Shown here piece after piece: positions 36,301 to 50,100 of a DNA stretch of 64,000 nucleotides. The stretch lies in contig JBNRSN020000194.1 in NCBI GenBank assembly GCA_051313645.2, forward strand, positions 310,001 to 374,000. Reading direction: 5' to 3'. Origin of the DNA: Centroscyllium fabricii (Eukaryota). The position numbers and the translations under genes are program-made. A model generated the notes under the pieces. That model did not search any database, was not told where the DNA came from, and saw nothing but the letters and a program-made list of their open reading frames with translations. The number at the start of each line of letters is the position of its first letter. Positions within the stretch are counted from its first letter, which is position 1.

Positions 36301-39300
36301 GACTGAGAATACTCGGAGCACCCAACCCTGACTGATAATACTTGGAGCACGCGCCCCTGACTGAGAATACTTGGAGTACCCGCCCCTGATTGAGAATATT
36401 CGGAGCACCCGCCCCTGACTGAGAATACTGAGAGTACCTGCCCCTGAATGAGGATACTGAGAGCACCCGCCCCTGATTGAGAATACTCGGGTCACCCGCC
36501 CCTGACTGAGAATACTCGGAGTACCCACCACTGACTGAGAATACTCAGAGCACTCGCCCATGACTGAAAATACTCGGAGCACACGCCCCTGACTGAGAAT
36601 ACTCGGAGTACCTGCCCCTGACTGAGAATACTCGGAGCACCCGCCCCTGACTCAGAATGCCTTTGGCACCCGGCGTGACTGAGAATACTCGGAGCTCCCA
36701 CCCCTTATTGATTATACTCAGAGCACTCGCCCCTGACTGAGAATACTCGGAGCACCTGCACCTGACTGATTATACTCAGAGCACCCGCCCCTGACTGAGA
36801 ATACTCGGAGCACACACCCCTGACTGAGAGTATTTGGAGCAACCGCCTCTGACTGAGAATATTTGGAGCACTCGCCCCTGACTGAGAATACTGAGAGCAC
36901 CCGCCCCTGACTGAGGATACTCAGAGCACCCACCCTTGACTGAGAATACTGAGAGCACCCGCACCTGACTGAGCATACTGAGAGCACGCGCCACAGACTG
37001 AGAATACTTAGAGCAACTGCCCCTGACTGAGAATATTGAGATCACCCGCTCCTGACTGAGAATACTCGGAGCACACGCCTCTGACTGAGAATACTCGGAG
37101 CTCCCGCCCCTGACTCAGAATACTGAGAGCACCCGCCCCTGACTGAGAATACTCGGAGCACCCGCCCCTGACTGAGAATACTGAGAGCACCAGTCCCTGA
37201 CTGAGAATACTGAGAGCACCTGCCCCTGACTGAGAATACCCGGAGTACCCGCCCCTGACTGAGAATAGTAAGAGCACCCGCCCCTGACTGAGAATACTCG
37301 GAGTACCCGCCCCTGACTGAGAATACTCGGAGCACCCGCCCCTGACTGAGAATACTTGGAGCACCCGCCCCTGACTTAGAATAATCGGAGCACCCGCCTC
37401 TGACTGAGAATACTCGGAGCACCTGCCCCTGACTGATACTACTTGGAGCACCCGCCCCGACTCAGAATGCCTTTGGCACCCGGCGTGACTGAGAATACTC
37501 GGAGCTCCCACCCCTGACTGAGTATACTCAGAGCACCCGCCCCTGACTGAGAAAACTCGGAGCTCCCGCCCCTTTCTGAGTATACTCGGAGCACCCGCCC
37601 CTGACTGAGAATACTCGGAGCACCCGCACCTGATTGAGAATAATCGGAGCACTCGCCCCTGACTGAGAATACTGAGAGCACACGCCCCTGACTGAGGATA
37701 CTCAGAGCACCCACCCCTGACTGAGAATACTGAGAGCACCCGCAACTGACTGAGCATACTGAGAGAAGGCGCCCCTGACTGAGAATACTTAGAGAACCTG
37801 CCCCTGACTGAGAATATTGAGAGCACCCGCTCCTGACTGAGAATACTGTGAGCCCCCGCCCCTGACTGAGAATACTCGGAGCACATGCCCCTGACTGAGA
37901 ATACTCGGAGCTCCCGCCCCTGACTCAGAATACTGAGAGCACCAGCTCCAGACTGAGAATACTCGGAGCACCCGCCCCCGACTGGGAATACTGAGAGCAC
38001 CAGCGCCTGAATGAGAATAATGAGAGCACCCGCCCCTGACTGAGAATGCCCGGAGCACCCGCCCCTGACTGAGAAGAGTGAGAGCACCCGCCCCTGACTG
38101 AGAATACTCGGAGTACCTGCCCCGACTGAGAATACTCGGAGCACCCGCCCTGACTGAGAATACTCAATGCACCCGCACCTGACTGAGAATACTCGGGTCA
38201 CCCGCCCCTGACTGAGAATACTCGGAGCACCCGCCCCTGACTGAGAATACTCGGAGCACCCTTCCCTGACTGAGAAACTCGGAGCACCCAACCCTGACTG
38301 ATAATACTTGGAGCACCCGCCCCTGACTGAGAATACTTGGAGTACCCGCCCCTGATTGAGAATATTCGGAGCACCCGCCCCTGACTGAGAATACTGAGAG
38401 TACCTGCCCCTGACTGAGAATACTCAGAGTACCGGCCCATGACTGATGATACTGAGAGCACTCGCCCCTGACTGAGGATACTTGGAGCACCTGCCTCTGA
38501 CTGAGAATACTTGGAGCACCCGCCCCTGACTGAGAATACTCGGAGTACCCTCACCTGACTGATGATACTGAGAGCACCCGACCCCGACTGAGGATACTCA
38601 GGGCACTCGCCACTGACAGAGAAAACTCAGAGTACCCGCCCCTGACTGAGGAGACTCAGAGCACTTGCCCTTGACTGAGAATACTGAGAGTACCCGCCCC
38701 TGACTGAGAATACTGAGAGCACCCACCCCTGAATGAGGATACTCAGAGCACCCGCCCCTGACTGAGAATACTCGGAGTACCCGTCCCTGACTGAGGATAC
38801 TCAGAGTACCCGCCCCTGACTGAGGATACTCAGAGCACCCGACCCTGACTGAGAATACTCGGAGCAACAGCCTCTGACTGAGAATAATCGGGGCACCTGC
38901 CCCTGAATGAGAATACTCAGACCACTCACCCCGACTGAGAATACTCAGAGCATCCGCCCCTGACTGAGTATACTGAGAGCACCCGCCCCTGACTGAGAAT
39001 ACTCGGAGCACCCGCCCCTGACTGAGAACACTCGGAGCACCCGCCACTGACTTAGAATAATCGGAACACCCGCCTCTGACTTAGAATACTAGGAGCACCC
39101 GCCTCTGACTGAGAATACTGAGAGCACCCGCCACTGACTGAGAATACTCGGAGCTCCCGCCCCTGACTCAGAATACTTGGAGAACCCACCCCTGACAGAG
39201 AATACTTGGAGCTCCCGCCCCTGTCTGAGAATACTTGGAGCACACACCCCTGACTGAGAATACTCGCAGCACACACCCCTGACTAAGAATACTCGGGTCA

Positions 39301-41127
39301 CCCGCCCCTGACTGAGAATATTCGGAGCATCTGCCCCTGACTGAGAATACTCGGAGCACCCGTCCCTGACTGAGAATACTCGGAGCACCCACCCCTGACT
39401 GATAATACTTGGAGTACCCGCCCCTGATTGAGAATATTCGGAGCACCCGCCCCTGACTGAGAATACTGAGATTACCCGCCCCTGACTGAGTATATTGAGA
39501 GCACCCGCCCCTGACTGAGAATACTCAGAGTATCCGCCCCTGACTGAGGATACTCAGAGCAGTCACCCCAGACTGATGATACTGTGAGCACTCGCCCCTG
39601 ACTGAGGATAATTGGAGCACCTGCCTCTGACTGAGAATACTTGGAGCACCCGCTCCTGACAGAGAATACTCGGAGTACCCGCACCTGACTGAGGATGCTG
39701 AACGCACACGCCCCTGACTGAGGATACTCAGGGCACTCGCCCCTTTCAGAGAAAACTCAGAGTACCCGCCCCTGACTGAGGAGACTCAGAGCACCCACCC
39801 CTGACTGAGAATACTCCGAGTACCCGTCCCTGACTGAGGATAATCAGGGCACTCGCCCCTGACAGAGAAAACGCAGAGTACCCGCCCCTGACTGAGGAGA
39901 CTCAGAGCACTTGCCCTTGATTGAGAATAGTGAGAGCACCCGCCCCTGACTGAGAACACTCGGAGTACCCGTCCCTGACTGAGGATGCTCAGGGCACTCG
40001 CCCCTGACAGAGAAAACGCAGAGTACCCGCCCCTGACTGAGGAGACTCAGAGCACTTGCCCTTGACTGAGAATACTGAGAGCACCCGCCGCTGACTGAGA
40101 ATACTCGGAGTACCCGTCCCTGACTGAGGATACTCAGAGTACCCGTCCCTGACTGATGATACTCGGAGCACCAGCCTCTGACTGAGAATAATCGGGGCAC
40201 CCGCCCCTGAATGAGAATACTCAGACCACTCACCCCTGACTGAGAATACTCAGAGCACCCGCCCCTGACTGAGTATACTGAGAGCACACGCCCCTGACTG
40301 AGGATACTCAGAGCACCCGCCCCTGACTGAGAATACTCGGAGCACCAGCCTCTGACTGAGAATAATTGGGGCACCCGCCCCTGAATGAGAATACTCAGAC
40401 CACTCACCCCTGACTGAGAATACTCAGAGCACCCGCCCCTGACTCAGTATACTGAGAGCACATGCCCCTGACTGAGAATACTCGGAGCACCCGCCCCTGA
40501 CTGAGAATACTCAGAGCACCCGCCTCTGACTTAGAATAATCGGAGCACCCGCCCCTGACTGAGAATACTCGGAGCACCCTCCCCTGACTGAGTATACTGA
40601 GAGCACCCGCCCCTGACTGAGAATACTCGGAACTCCCGCCCCTGACTGAGTATAATCGGAGCACCCGCCCCTGACTGAGAATACTTGGAGCACCCGCCCC
40701 TGACTGAGAATATTCGAAGCACTCGCCCCTGACTGAGAATACTGAGAGCACCCGCCCCTGACTGAGAATAATCGGGGCACCCGCCCCTGAATGAGAATAC
40801 TCAGACCACTCACCCCGACTGAGAATACTCAGAGCACCCGCCCCTGACTGAGTATACTGAGAGCACCCGCCCCTGACTGAGAATACTCGGAGCACCCGCC
40901 CCTGACTGAGAATACTCGGAGCACCCGCCACTGACTTAGAATAATCGGAGCACCCGCCTCTGATTGAGAATACTAGGAGCACCCGCCTCTGACTGAGAAT
41001 ACTGAGAGCACCCGCCACTGACTGAGAATAATCGGAGCTCCCGCCCCTGACTCAGAATACTTGGAGTACCCGCCCCTGACAGAGAATTCTCGGAGCTCCC
41101 GACCCTGTCTGAGAATACTGAGAGCAC
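30366..41127. repeat. Recent tandem duplication of a ~5.36-5.39-kb satellite block
   Basis: Rare monomer variants and pseudo-ORF pairs recur at offsets of 5357 and 5386 (31651/37008, 33241/38598, 34487/39844, 35047/40404, 30590/35976). Junction at ~35752-35770. Confidence 0.88.
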
Positions 41128-44100
41128 ACACCCCTGACTGAGAATATTCGCAGCACACACCCGTGACTGAGAATACTCGGGTCACCCGCCCCTGACTGAG
41201 AATATTCGGAGCACCTGCACCTGACTGAGAATACTCGGAGCACCCGTCCCTGACTGAGAATACTTGGAGCACCCACCCCGACTGATAATACTTGGAGTAC
41301 CCGCCCCTGATTGAGAATATTCGGAGCACCCGCCCCTGACTGAGAATACTGAGAGTACACGCCCCTGACTGAGGATACTGAGAGCACCCGCCCCTGACTG
41401 AGAATACTCAGAGTTCCCGCCCCTGACTGAGGATACTCAGAGCAGTCACCCCTGACTGATGATACTGAGAGCACTCGCCCCTGACTGAGGATACTTGGAG
41501 CACCTGTCTCTGACTGAGAATACTTGGAGCACCCGCCCCTGACAGAGAATACTCGGAGTACCCGCACCTGACTGAGGATACTGAACGCACACGCCCCTGA
41601 CTGATGATACTCAGGGCACTCACCCTTGACTGAGAATACTGAGAGCACCCACCGCTGACTGATAATACTCGGGGTACCCGGCCCTGACTGAGGATACTCA
41701 GGGTACTCGCCCCTGACAGAAAAAACGCAGAGTACCCGCCCCTGTCTGAGGAGACTCAGAGCACTTGCCCTTGAGTGAGAATACTGAGAGCACCCGCCGC
41801 TGACTGAGAATACTCTGAGTACCCGTCCCTGACTGAGGATACTCAGAGTACCCGCCCCTGACTGATGATACTCAGAGAACCCGCCCCTGACTGAGAATAC
41901 TCGGAGTACCCGTCCCTGACTGAGGATATTCAGAGTACCCGCCCCTGACTGAGGATACTCAGAGCACACGCCCCTGACTGTGAATACTCGGAGCACCAGC
42001 CTCTGACTGAGAATAATCGGGGCACCCGCCACTGAATGAGAATACTCAGATGACTCACCCCTGACTGAGAATACTCAGAGCACCCGCCCCTGACTGAGTA
42101 TACTGATAGCACACGCCCCTGACTGAGAATACTCGGAGCACCCGCCCCTGACTGAGAATACTCAGAGCACCAGCCCCTGACTTAGAATAATCGGAGCACC
42201 CGCCCCTGACTGAGAATACTCGGAGCACCCGCCCCTGACTGAATATACTGAGAGCACCCGCCCCTGACTGAGAATACTCGGAGCTCCCACCCCTGACTGA
42301 GTATACTCAGAGCACCCGCCACTGACTGAGAATACTCGGAGCTCCCGCCCCTGACTGAGTATACTCGGAGCACCCACCCCTGACTGAGAATACTCGGAGC
42401 ACACACCCCTGACTGAGAATACTTGGAGCACCCGCCCCTGACTGAGAATATTCGAAGCTCTCGCCCCTGACTGAGAATAATGAGAGCACCCGCCACTGAT
42501 TGAGCATACTGAGAGCACGCGCCCCTGACTGAGAATACTTAGAGCACCTGCCCCTGACTGAGAATATTGAGAGCACCCGCCTTTGACTGATAATACTGTG
42601 AGCACCCGCCCCTGACTGAGAATACTCGGAGCACCCGCCCCTGACTGAATATACTCGGATCATCCGCCCCTGACTGAGAATACTCGGAGCACCCGCCATT
42701 GACTGAGAATACTGAGAGCACCCGCCCCTGACTGAGAATACCCGGAGCACCCGCCACTGACTGAGAATAGGCGGAGCACCCGCCCCTGACTGAGAATACT
42801 CGGAGCACCCGCCACTGACTGAGAATATTGAGAGCACCCGCCCCTGACTGAGATTACTCGGAGCACCCGTTGCTGTCTGAGAATACTGAGAGCACACACA
42901 CTGACAGAGAAAACTCAGAGAACCCGCCCCTGACTGAGGAGATTCAGAGCTCTTGCCCTTGACTGAGAATACTAAGAGCACCCGCCCCTGACTGAGAATA
43001 CTCGGAGTACCCGTCCCTGACTGAGAATACTCAGAGTACCCGCCCCTGACTGAGGATACTCAGAGCAGTCACCCCTGACTGAGAATACTCAGAGCACCAG
43101 CCTCTGACTGAGAATAATTGGGGCACCCGCCCCTGAATGAGAATACTCAGACCACTCACACCTGACTGAGAATACTCAGAGCACCCGCACCTGACTGAGT
43201 ATACTGAGAGCACCCACCGCTGACTGAGAATACTCGGAGCACCCGCCCCTGACTGAGAATACTCAGAGCACCCGCCCCTGACTTAGAATAATCGGAGCAC
43301 CCGCCCCTCACTGAGAATACTCGGAGCACCCGCCCCTGAGTGATACTACTCGGAGCACCGGCCCCTGACTCAGAATGCCTTTGGCACCCGGCGTGACTGA
43401 GAATATTCGGAGCTCCCACCCCTGACTGAGTATACTCAGAGCACCCGCCCCTGACTGAGAATTCTCGGAGCTCCCGCCCCTAACTGAGTATACTCAGATC
43501 ACCCGGCCTTGACTGAGAATACTCGGAGCACACACCCCTGACTGAGAATACTTGGAGCACCCGCCTCTGACTGAGAATATTCGGAGCACTCGCCCCTGAC
43601 TGAGAATACTGAGAGCACCCGCCCCTGACTGAGGATACTCAGAGCACCCACCCCTGACTGAGAATACTGAGAGCACCCGCACCTGACTGAGAATACTTAG
43701 AGCAACTGCCCCTGACTGAGAATATTGAGATCACCCGCTCCTGACTGAGAATACTGTGAGCACCCGCCCCTGACTGAGAATACTCGGAGCACACGCCCCT
43801 GACTGAGAATACTCGGAGCTCCCGCCCCTGACTCAGAATACTGAGATCCCCCGCCCCTGACTGAGAATACTCGGAGCACCCGCCCCTGACTGAGAATACT
43901 GAGAGCACCAGTCCCTGACTGAGAATACTGAGAGAACCTGCTACTGACTGAGAATACCCGGAGCACCCGCCCCTGACTGAGAATAGTGAGAGAAACCGCC
44001 CCGGACTAAGAATACTCCGAGTACCCGCCCCTGACTGAGAATACTCGGAGCACCCGCCCCTGTCTGAGAATACTCGGAGCACCCGCTCCTGACTTAGAAT

Positions 44101-47100
44101 AATCGGAGCACCCGCCATGACTGAGAATACTCGGGGCACCTGCCCTTGACTGATACTACTCGGAGCACCCGCCACGACTCAGAATGCCTTTGGCACCCGG
44201 AGTGACTGAGAATACTCGGAGCTCCCACCCCTGACTGAGTATACTCAGATTACCCGCCCCTGACAGAGAATACTCGGAGCTCCCGCCCCTGACTGAGTAT
44301 ACTCGGAGCACCCGCCCCTGACTAAGAATACTCGGAGCACACAACCCTGACTGAGAATACTTGGAGCACCAGACCCTGACTGAGAATATTCGGAGCACTC
44401 GCCCCTGACTGAGAATACTGAGAGCACCCGCCCCTGACTGAGGATACTCAGAGCACCCACCCCTGACTGAGAATACTGAGAGCACCCGCAACTGACTGAG
44501 CATACTGAGAGCACGCGCCCCTGACTGAGAATACTTAGAGCACCTGCCCCTGACTGAGAATATTGAGAGAACCCGCTCCTGACTGAGAATACTGTGAGCA
44601 CCCGCCCCTGAGTTAGAATACTCGGAGCACACGCCCCTGACTGAGAATACTCGGAGCTCCCGCCCCGGACTCAGAATACTGAGAGCACCCGCCCCTGATT
44701 GAGAATACTTGGAGCACCCGCCCCTGATTGAAAATACTGAGAGCACCAGCCCCTGACTGAGAATACTGAGAGCACCCACCCCTGACTGAGAATACCCGGA
44801 GCACCCGCCCCAGACTGAGAATAGTGAGAGCACCCGCCCCTGACTGAGAATACTCGGAGTACCCGCCCCTGACTGAGAATACTTGGACCACCCGCCCCTG
44901 ACTGAGAATGGTTGGAGCACCCGCCCCTGACTGAGAATACTCGGAGTACCCGCCACTGACTGAGAATACTCGGAGTACCCACCACTGACTGAGAGTACTC
45001 AGAGCACTCGCCCCTGACTGAAAATACTCAGAGTACCCGCCCCTGACTGAGAATACTCGGAGTACCTGCCCCGACTGAGAATACTCGGAGCACCCGCCCT
45101 GACTGAGAATACTCAATGCACCCGCACCTGACTGAGAATACTCGGGTCACCCGCCCCTGACTGAGAATACTAGGAGCACCCGCCCCTGACTGAGAATACT
45201 CGGAGCACACGTCCCTGAATGAGAATACTCGGAGCACGCAACACTGACTGATAATACTTGGAGCACCTGCCCCTGACTGAGAATACTTGGAGTACCCGCC
45301 CCTGACTGAGAATATACGGAGCACCCGCCCCTGACTGAGAATACTGAGAGTACCCGCCCCTGACTGAGGATACTGAGAGCACCCGCCCCTGACTGAGAAT
45401 ACTCAGAGTACCCGCCACTGACTGATGATACTGGGAGCTCTCGCCCCTGACTGAAGATACTTGGAGCACCCGCCCCTGACTGAGAATACTTGGAGTACCC
45501 GCCCCTGACTGTTGATACTGAGAGCTCTCGCCCATGACTGAAGATACTTGGAGCACCTGCCTCTGACTGAAAATACTTGGAACACCCGCCCCTGACTGAG
45601 AATATTCGGAGCACTAGCCCCTGACTGAGAATACTGAGAAAACCCGCCCCTGACTGAGGATACTGAGCGCACCCGCCCCTGACTGAGAATACTCAGAGCA
45701 GTCACCCCTGAGTGATGATACTGAGAGCACTCACCCCTGACTGAGGATATTGGAGCACCCGCCCCTGACAGAGAATGCTCAGAGTACCCCCACCTGACTG
45801 AGAATAATGAAAGCGCCCGCCCCTGACTGAGGAGACTCAGGGCACTCGCCCCTGACAGAGAAAACTGAGAGCACCTGCCCCTGACTGAGAATACTCAGAG
45901 CACTTGCCCTTGACTGCGAATACTGAGAGCTCCCGCCCCTGACTGAGAATACTCGGAGAACCCGTCCCTGACTGAGGATACTCAGAGCACCCACCCCTGA
46001 CTGAGAATACTCGGAGTACCCGTCCCAGACTGAGGATATTCAGAGAACCCTCCCCTGACTGAGGATACTCAGAGCACCCGCCCCTGACTGAGAATACTCG
46101 GAGCATCAGCCTCTGACTGAGAATAATCGGGGCACCCGCCACTGAATGAGAATACTCAGACCACTCACCCCTGACTGAGAATACTCAGAGCACCCGCCCC
46201 TGACTGAGTATACTGAGAGCACCCGCCCCTGACTGAGAATACTCGGAGCACCTGCCCCTGACTGTGAATACTCGGAGCACCCGCCCCTGACATAGAACAA
46301 TCGGAGCACCCGCCCCTGACTGAAAATACTCGGAGCACCTGCCCCTGACTCAGAATGCCTTTGGCACCCGGCGTGACTGAGAATACTCGGAGCTCCCACC
46401 CCTGACTGAGTATACTCAGAGCACCCGCCCCTGACTGAGAATACTTGGAGCTCCCGCCCCTGACTGAATATACTCGGAGCACCCGCCCCTGACTGAGAAT
46501 ACTCGGAGCACACACACCTGACTGAGAAAACTTGGAGCACCCGCTCCTGACTGAGAATATTCGGAGCACTAGCCCCTGACTGAGAATACTGAGAGCACCC
46601 GCCCCTGACTGAGGATACTCAGAGCACCCACACCTGACTGAGAATACTGAGAGCACGCGCCCCTGACTGAGAATACTCAGAGCACCCGCCCCTGACTGAG
46701 TATACTGAGAGCACCCGCCCCTGACTGAGAATACTCGGAGCACCTGCCCCTGACTGAGAATACTCGGAGCACCCGCACCTGACTTAGAACAATCGGAGCA
46801 CCCGCCCCTGACTGAGAATACTCGGAGCACCCGCACCTGACTCAGAATGCCTTTGTCACCCGGCGTGACTGAGAATACTCGGAGCTCCCACCCCTGACTG
46901 ATTATACTCAGAGCACCCGCCCCTGACTGAGAATACTTGGAGCTCCCGCCACTGACTGAATATTCTTGGAGCACCCGACCCTGACTGAGAATACTCGGAG
47001 CACAGAACCCTGACTGAGAAAACTTGGAGCACCCGCCCCTGACTGAGAATATTCGGAGCTCTAGCCCCTGACTGAGAATACTGAGAGCACCCGCCCCTGA

Positions 47101-50100
47101 CTGAGGATACTCAGAGCACCCACCCCTGACTGAGAATACTGAGAGCACGCGCCCCTGACTGAGAATACTTAGAGCACCTGCCCCTGACTGAGAATATTGA
47201 GAGCACCCACCTTTGACTGATAATACTGTGAGCACCCGCCCTGTCTGAGAATACCCGGAGCACCCGCCCCTGACTGAAAATACTCGGATCACCCGCCCCT
47301 GACTGAGAATACTCGGAGCACCCGCCACTGACTGAGAATACTGAGATCACCCGCCCCTGGCTGAGAATACCCGGAGCACCCACCCCTGACTGAGCATAGT
47401 CAGAGCACCCGCCCCTGACTGAGATTACTCGGAGCACCCGTCTCTGTCTGAGAATACTGAGAGCACACACCCCTGACTGAGAATACTCAGAGCACCCGCC
47501 CCTGACTGAGACTACTAAGAGCACCACCCCCCTGACTGAGAATACTGAGAACACCCGCCTCTGACTGAGAATATTTGGAGTACCCGCCCCTGACTGGAAT
47601 ACTCGGAGCACCCGCCACTGACTGAGAATATTCAGAGCACCCACCCCTGACTGAGAATACTCGGAAAACCCGACCCTTACTGAGAATACTCAGAGCACCC
47701 GCCCCTGACTGAGAATACTCAGAGCACTCGCCCCTGACTGCAAATACTTGGTGTACCCGCCCCTGACTCAGAATACTTGGAGTACCCGTCCCTGACTGAG
47801 AATATTCAGGGCACCCGTTCCTGACTGAGAATACTAGGACTACCCGCCCCTGACTGAGAATACTCAGAGCACCTGCCCCTGACTAAGAATACTAGGAGCA
47901 CCCGTCCCTGACTGAGAATACATGGAGTACCCGCCTCTGACTGAGAATACTAGGAGCACCCGCCTCTGACTGAGAATACTGAGAGCACCCGCCACTGACT
48001 GAGAATACTCGGAGATCCCGTCCCTGACTCAGAATACTTGGAGTACCCGCCCCTGACAGAGAATACTCGGAGCTCCCGCCCCTGACTGAGAATACTTGGA
48101 ACACACACCCCAGACTCAGAATACTCGCAGCACACACCCCTGACTGAGAATACTCGGGTCACCCGCCCCTGACTGAGAATACTCGGTGCACCTGCCCCTG
48201 ACTGAGAATACTCGGAGCACCCGACCCTGACTGAGAATACTCGGAGCACGCACCCCTGACTGATAATACTTGGAGCATCCACCCCTGACTGAGAATACTT
48301 GGAGTAACCGCCCCTGATTGAGAATATTCGGAGCACCCGCCCCTGACAGAGAATACTGAGAGAACCCGCCCCTGACTGAGGATACTGAGCGCTCCCGCCC
48401 CTGACTGAGAATACTCAGAGTACCCGCCCCTAACTGAGGATACTCAGAGCAGTCACCCCTGACCGATGATACTGAGAGCACTCGCCCCTGACTGAGGATA
48501 TTGGAGCACCCGCCCCTGACAGAGAATGCTCGGAGTACCCGCACCTGACTGAGAATAATGAAAGCACCCGCCCCTGACTGAGGAGACTCAGGGCACTCGC
48601 CCCTGAGAGAGAAAACTGAGAGCACCTGCCCCTGACTGATAATACTCAGAGCACTTGACCTTGACTGAGAATACTGAGAGCTCCCGCCCCTGACTGAGAA
48701 TACTCGGAGTACCCGTCCCTGACTGAGGATACTCAGAGTACCCGCCCCTGACTGAGGATACTCAGAGCACCCACCCCTGACTGAGAATACTCGGAGTACC
48801 CGTCCCAGACTGAGGATATTCAGAGTACCCGCCCCTGACTGAGGATACTCAGAGCACCCGCCCCTGACTGAGAATACTCGGAGCACCAGCCTCTGACTGA
48901 GAATAATCGGGGCACCCGCCACCGAATGAGAATACTCAGACCACTCACCCCTGACTGAGAATACTCAGAGCACCCGCCCCTGACTGAGTATACTGAGAGC
49001 ACCCGCTCCTGACTGAGAATACTCGGAGCACCCGCCACTGACTGTGAATACTCGGAGCACCCGCCCCTGACTTAGAACAATTGGAGCACCCGCCCCTGAC
49101 TGAGAATACTCGGAGCACCCGCCCCTGACTCAGAATGCCTTTGGCACCCGGCGTGACTGAGAATACTCAGAGCTCCCACCCCAGACTGATTATACTCAGA
49201 GCACCCGCCCTTGACTGAGAATACTTGGAGCTCCCGCCCCGGACTGAATATACTCGGAGCACCCGCCCCTGACTGAGAATACTCGGAGCACACACCCCTG
49301 ACAGAGAAAACTTGGAGCACCCGCCCCTGACTGAGAATATTCGGAGCACTAGCCCCTGACTGAGAATACTGAGAGCACCCGCCCCTGACTGAGGATCTCA
49401 GAGCACCCACACCTGACTGAGAATGCTGAGAGCACGCGCCCCTGACTGAGAATATTGAGAGCACCCGCCTTTGACTGATAATAATGTGAGCACCCGCCCT
49501 GTCTGAGAATACCCGGAGCACCCGCCCCTGACTGAAAATACTCGGATCACCCGCCCCTGACTGAGAATACTCGGAGCATCCGCCACTGACTGAGAATACT
49601 GAGAGCACCCGCCCCTGGCTGAGAATACCCGGAGCACCCACCACTGACTGAGAATAGTCAGAGCACCAGCCCCTGACTGAGAATAATCGGAGCACCCGCC
49701 ACCGACTGAGAATATTGAGAGCACCCGCACCTGACTGAGATTACTCTATGCACCCGTCCCTGTCTGAGAATTCTGAGAGCACACACCCCTGACTGAGAAT
49801 ACTCAGAGCACCCGCCCCTGACTGAGAATACTCAGAGCACCACCCCCCTGACTGAGAATACTGAGAACACCCGCATCTGACTGAGAATATTTGGAGTACC
49901 CTCCCCTGACTGAGAATACTCGGAGCACCCGCCGCTGACTGAGAATATTCAGAGCACCAACCCCTGACTGAGAATACTCGGAGCACCCGACCCTGACTGA
50001 GAATACTCAGAGCACCCGCCCCTGACTGAGAATACTCAGAGCACTCGCCCCTGACTGCGAATACTTGGTGAACCCGCCCCTGATTCAGATTACTTGGAGT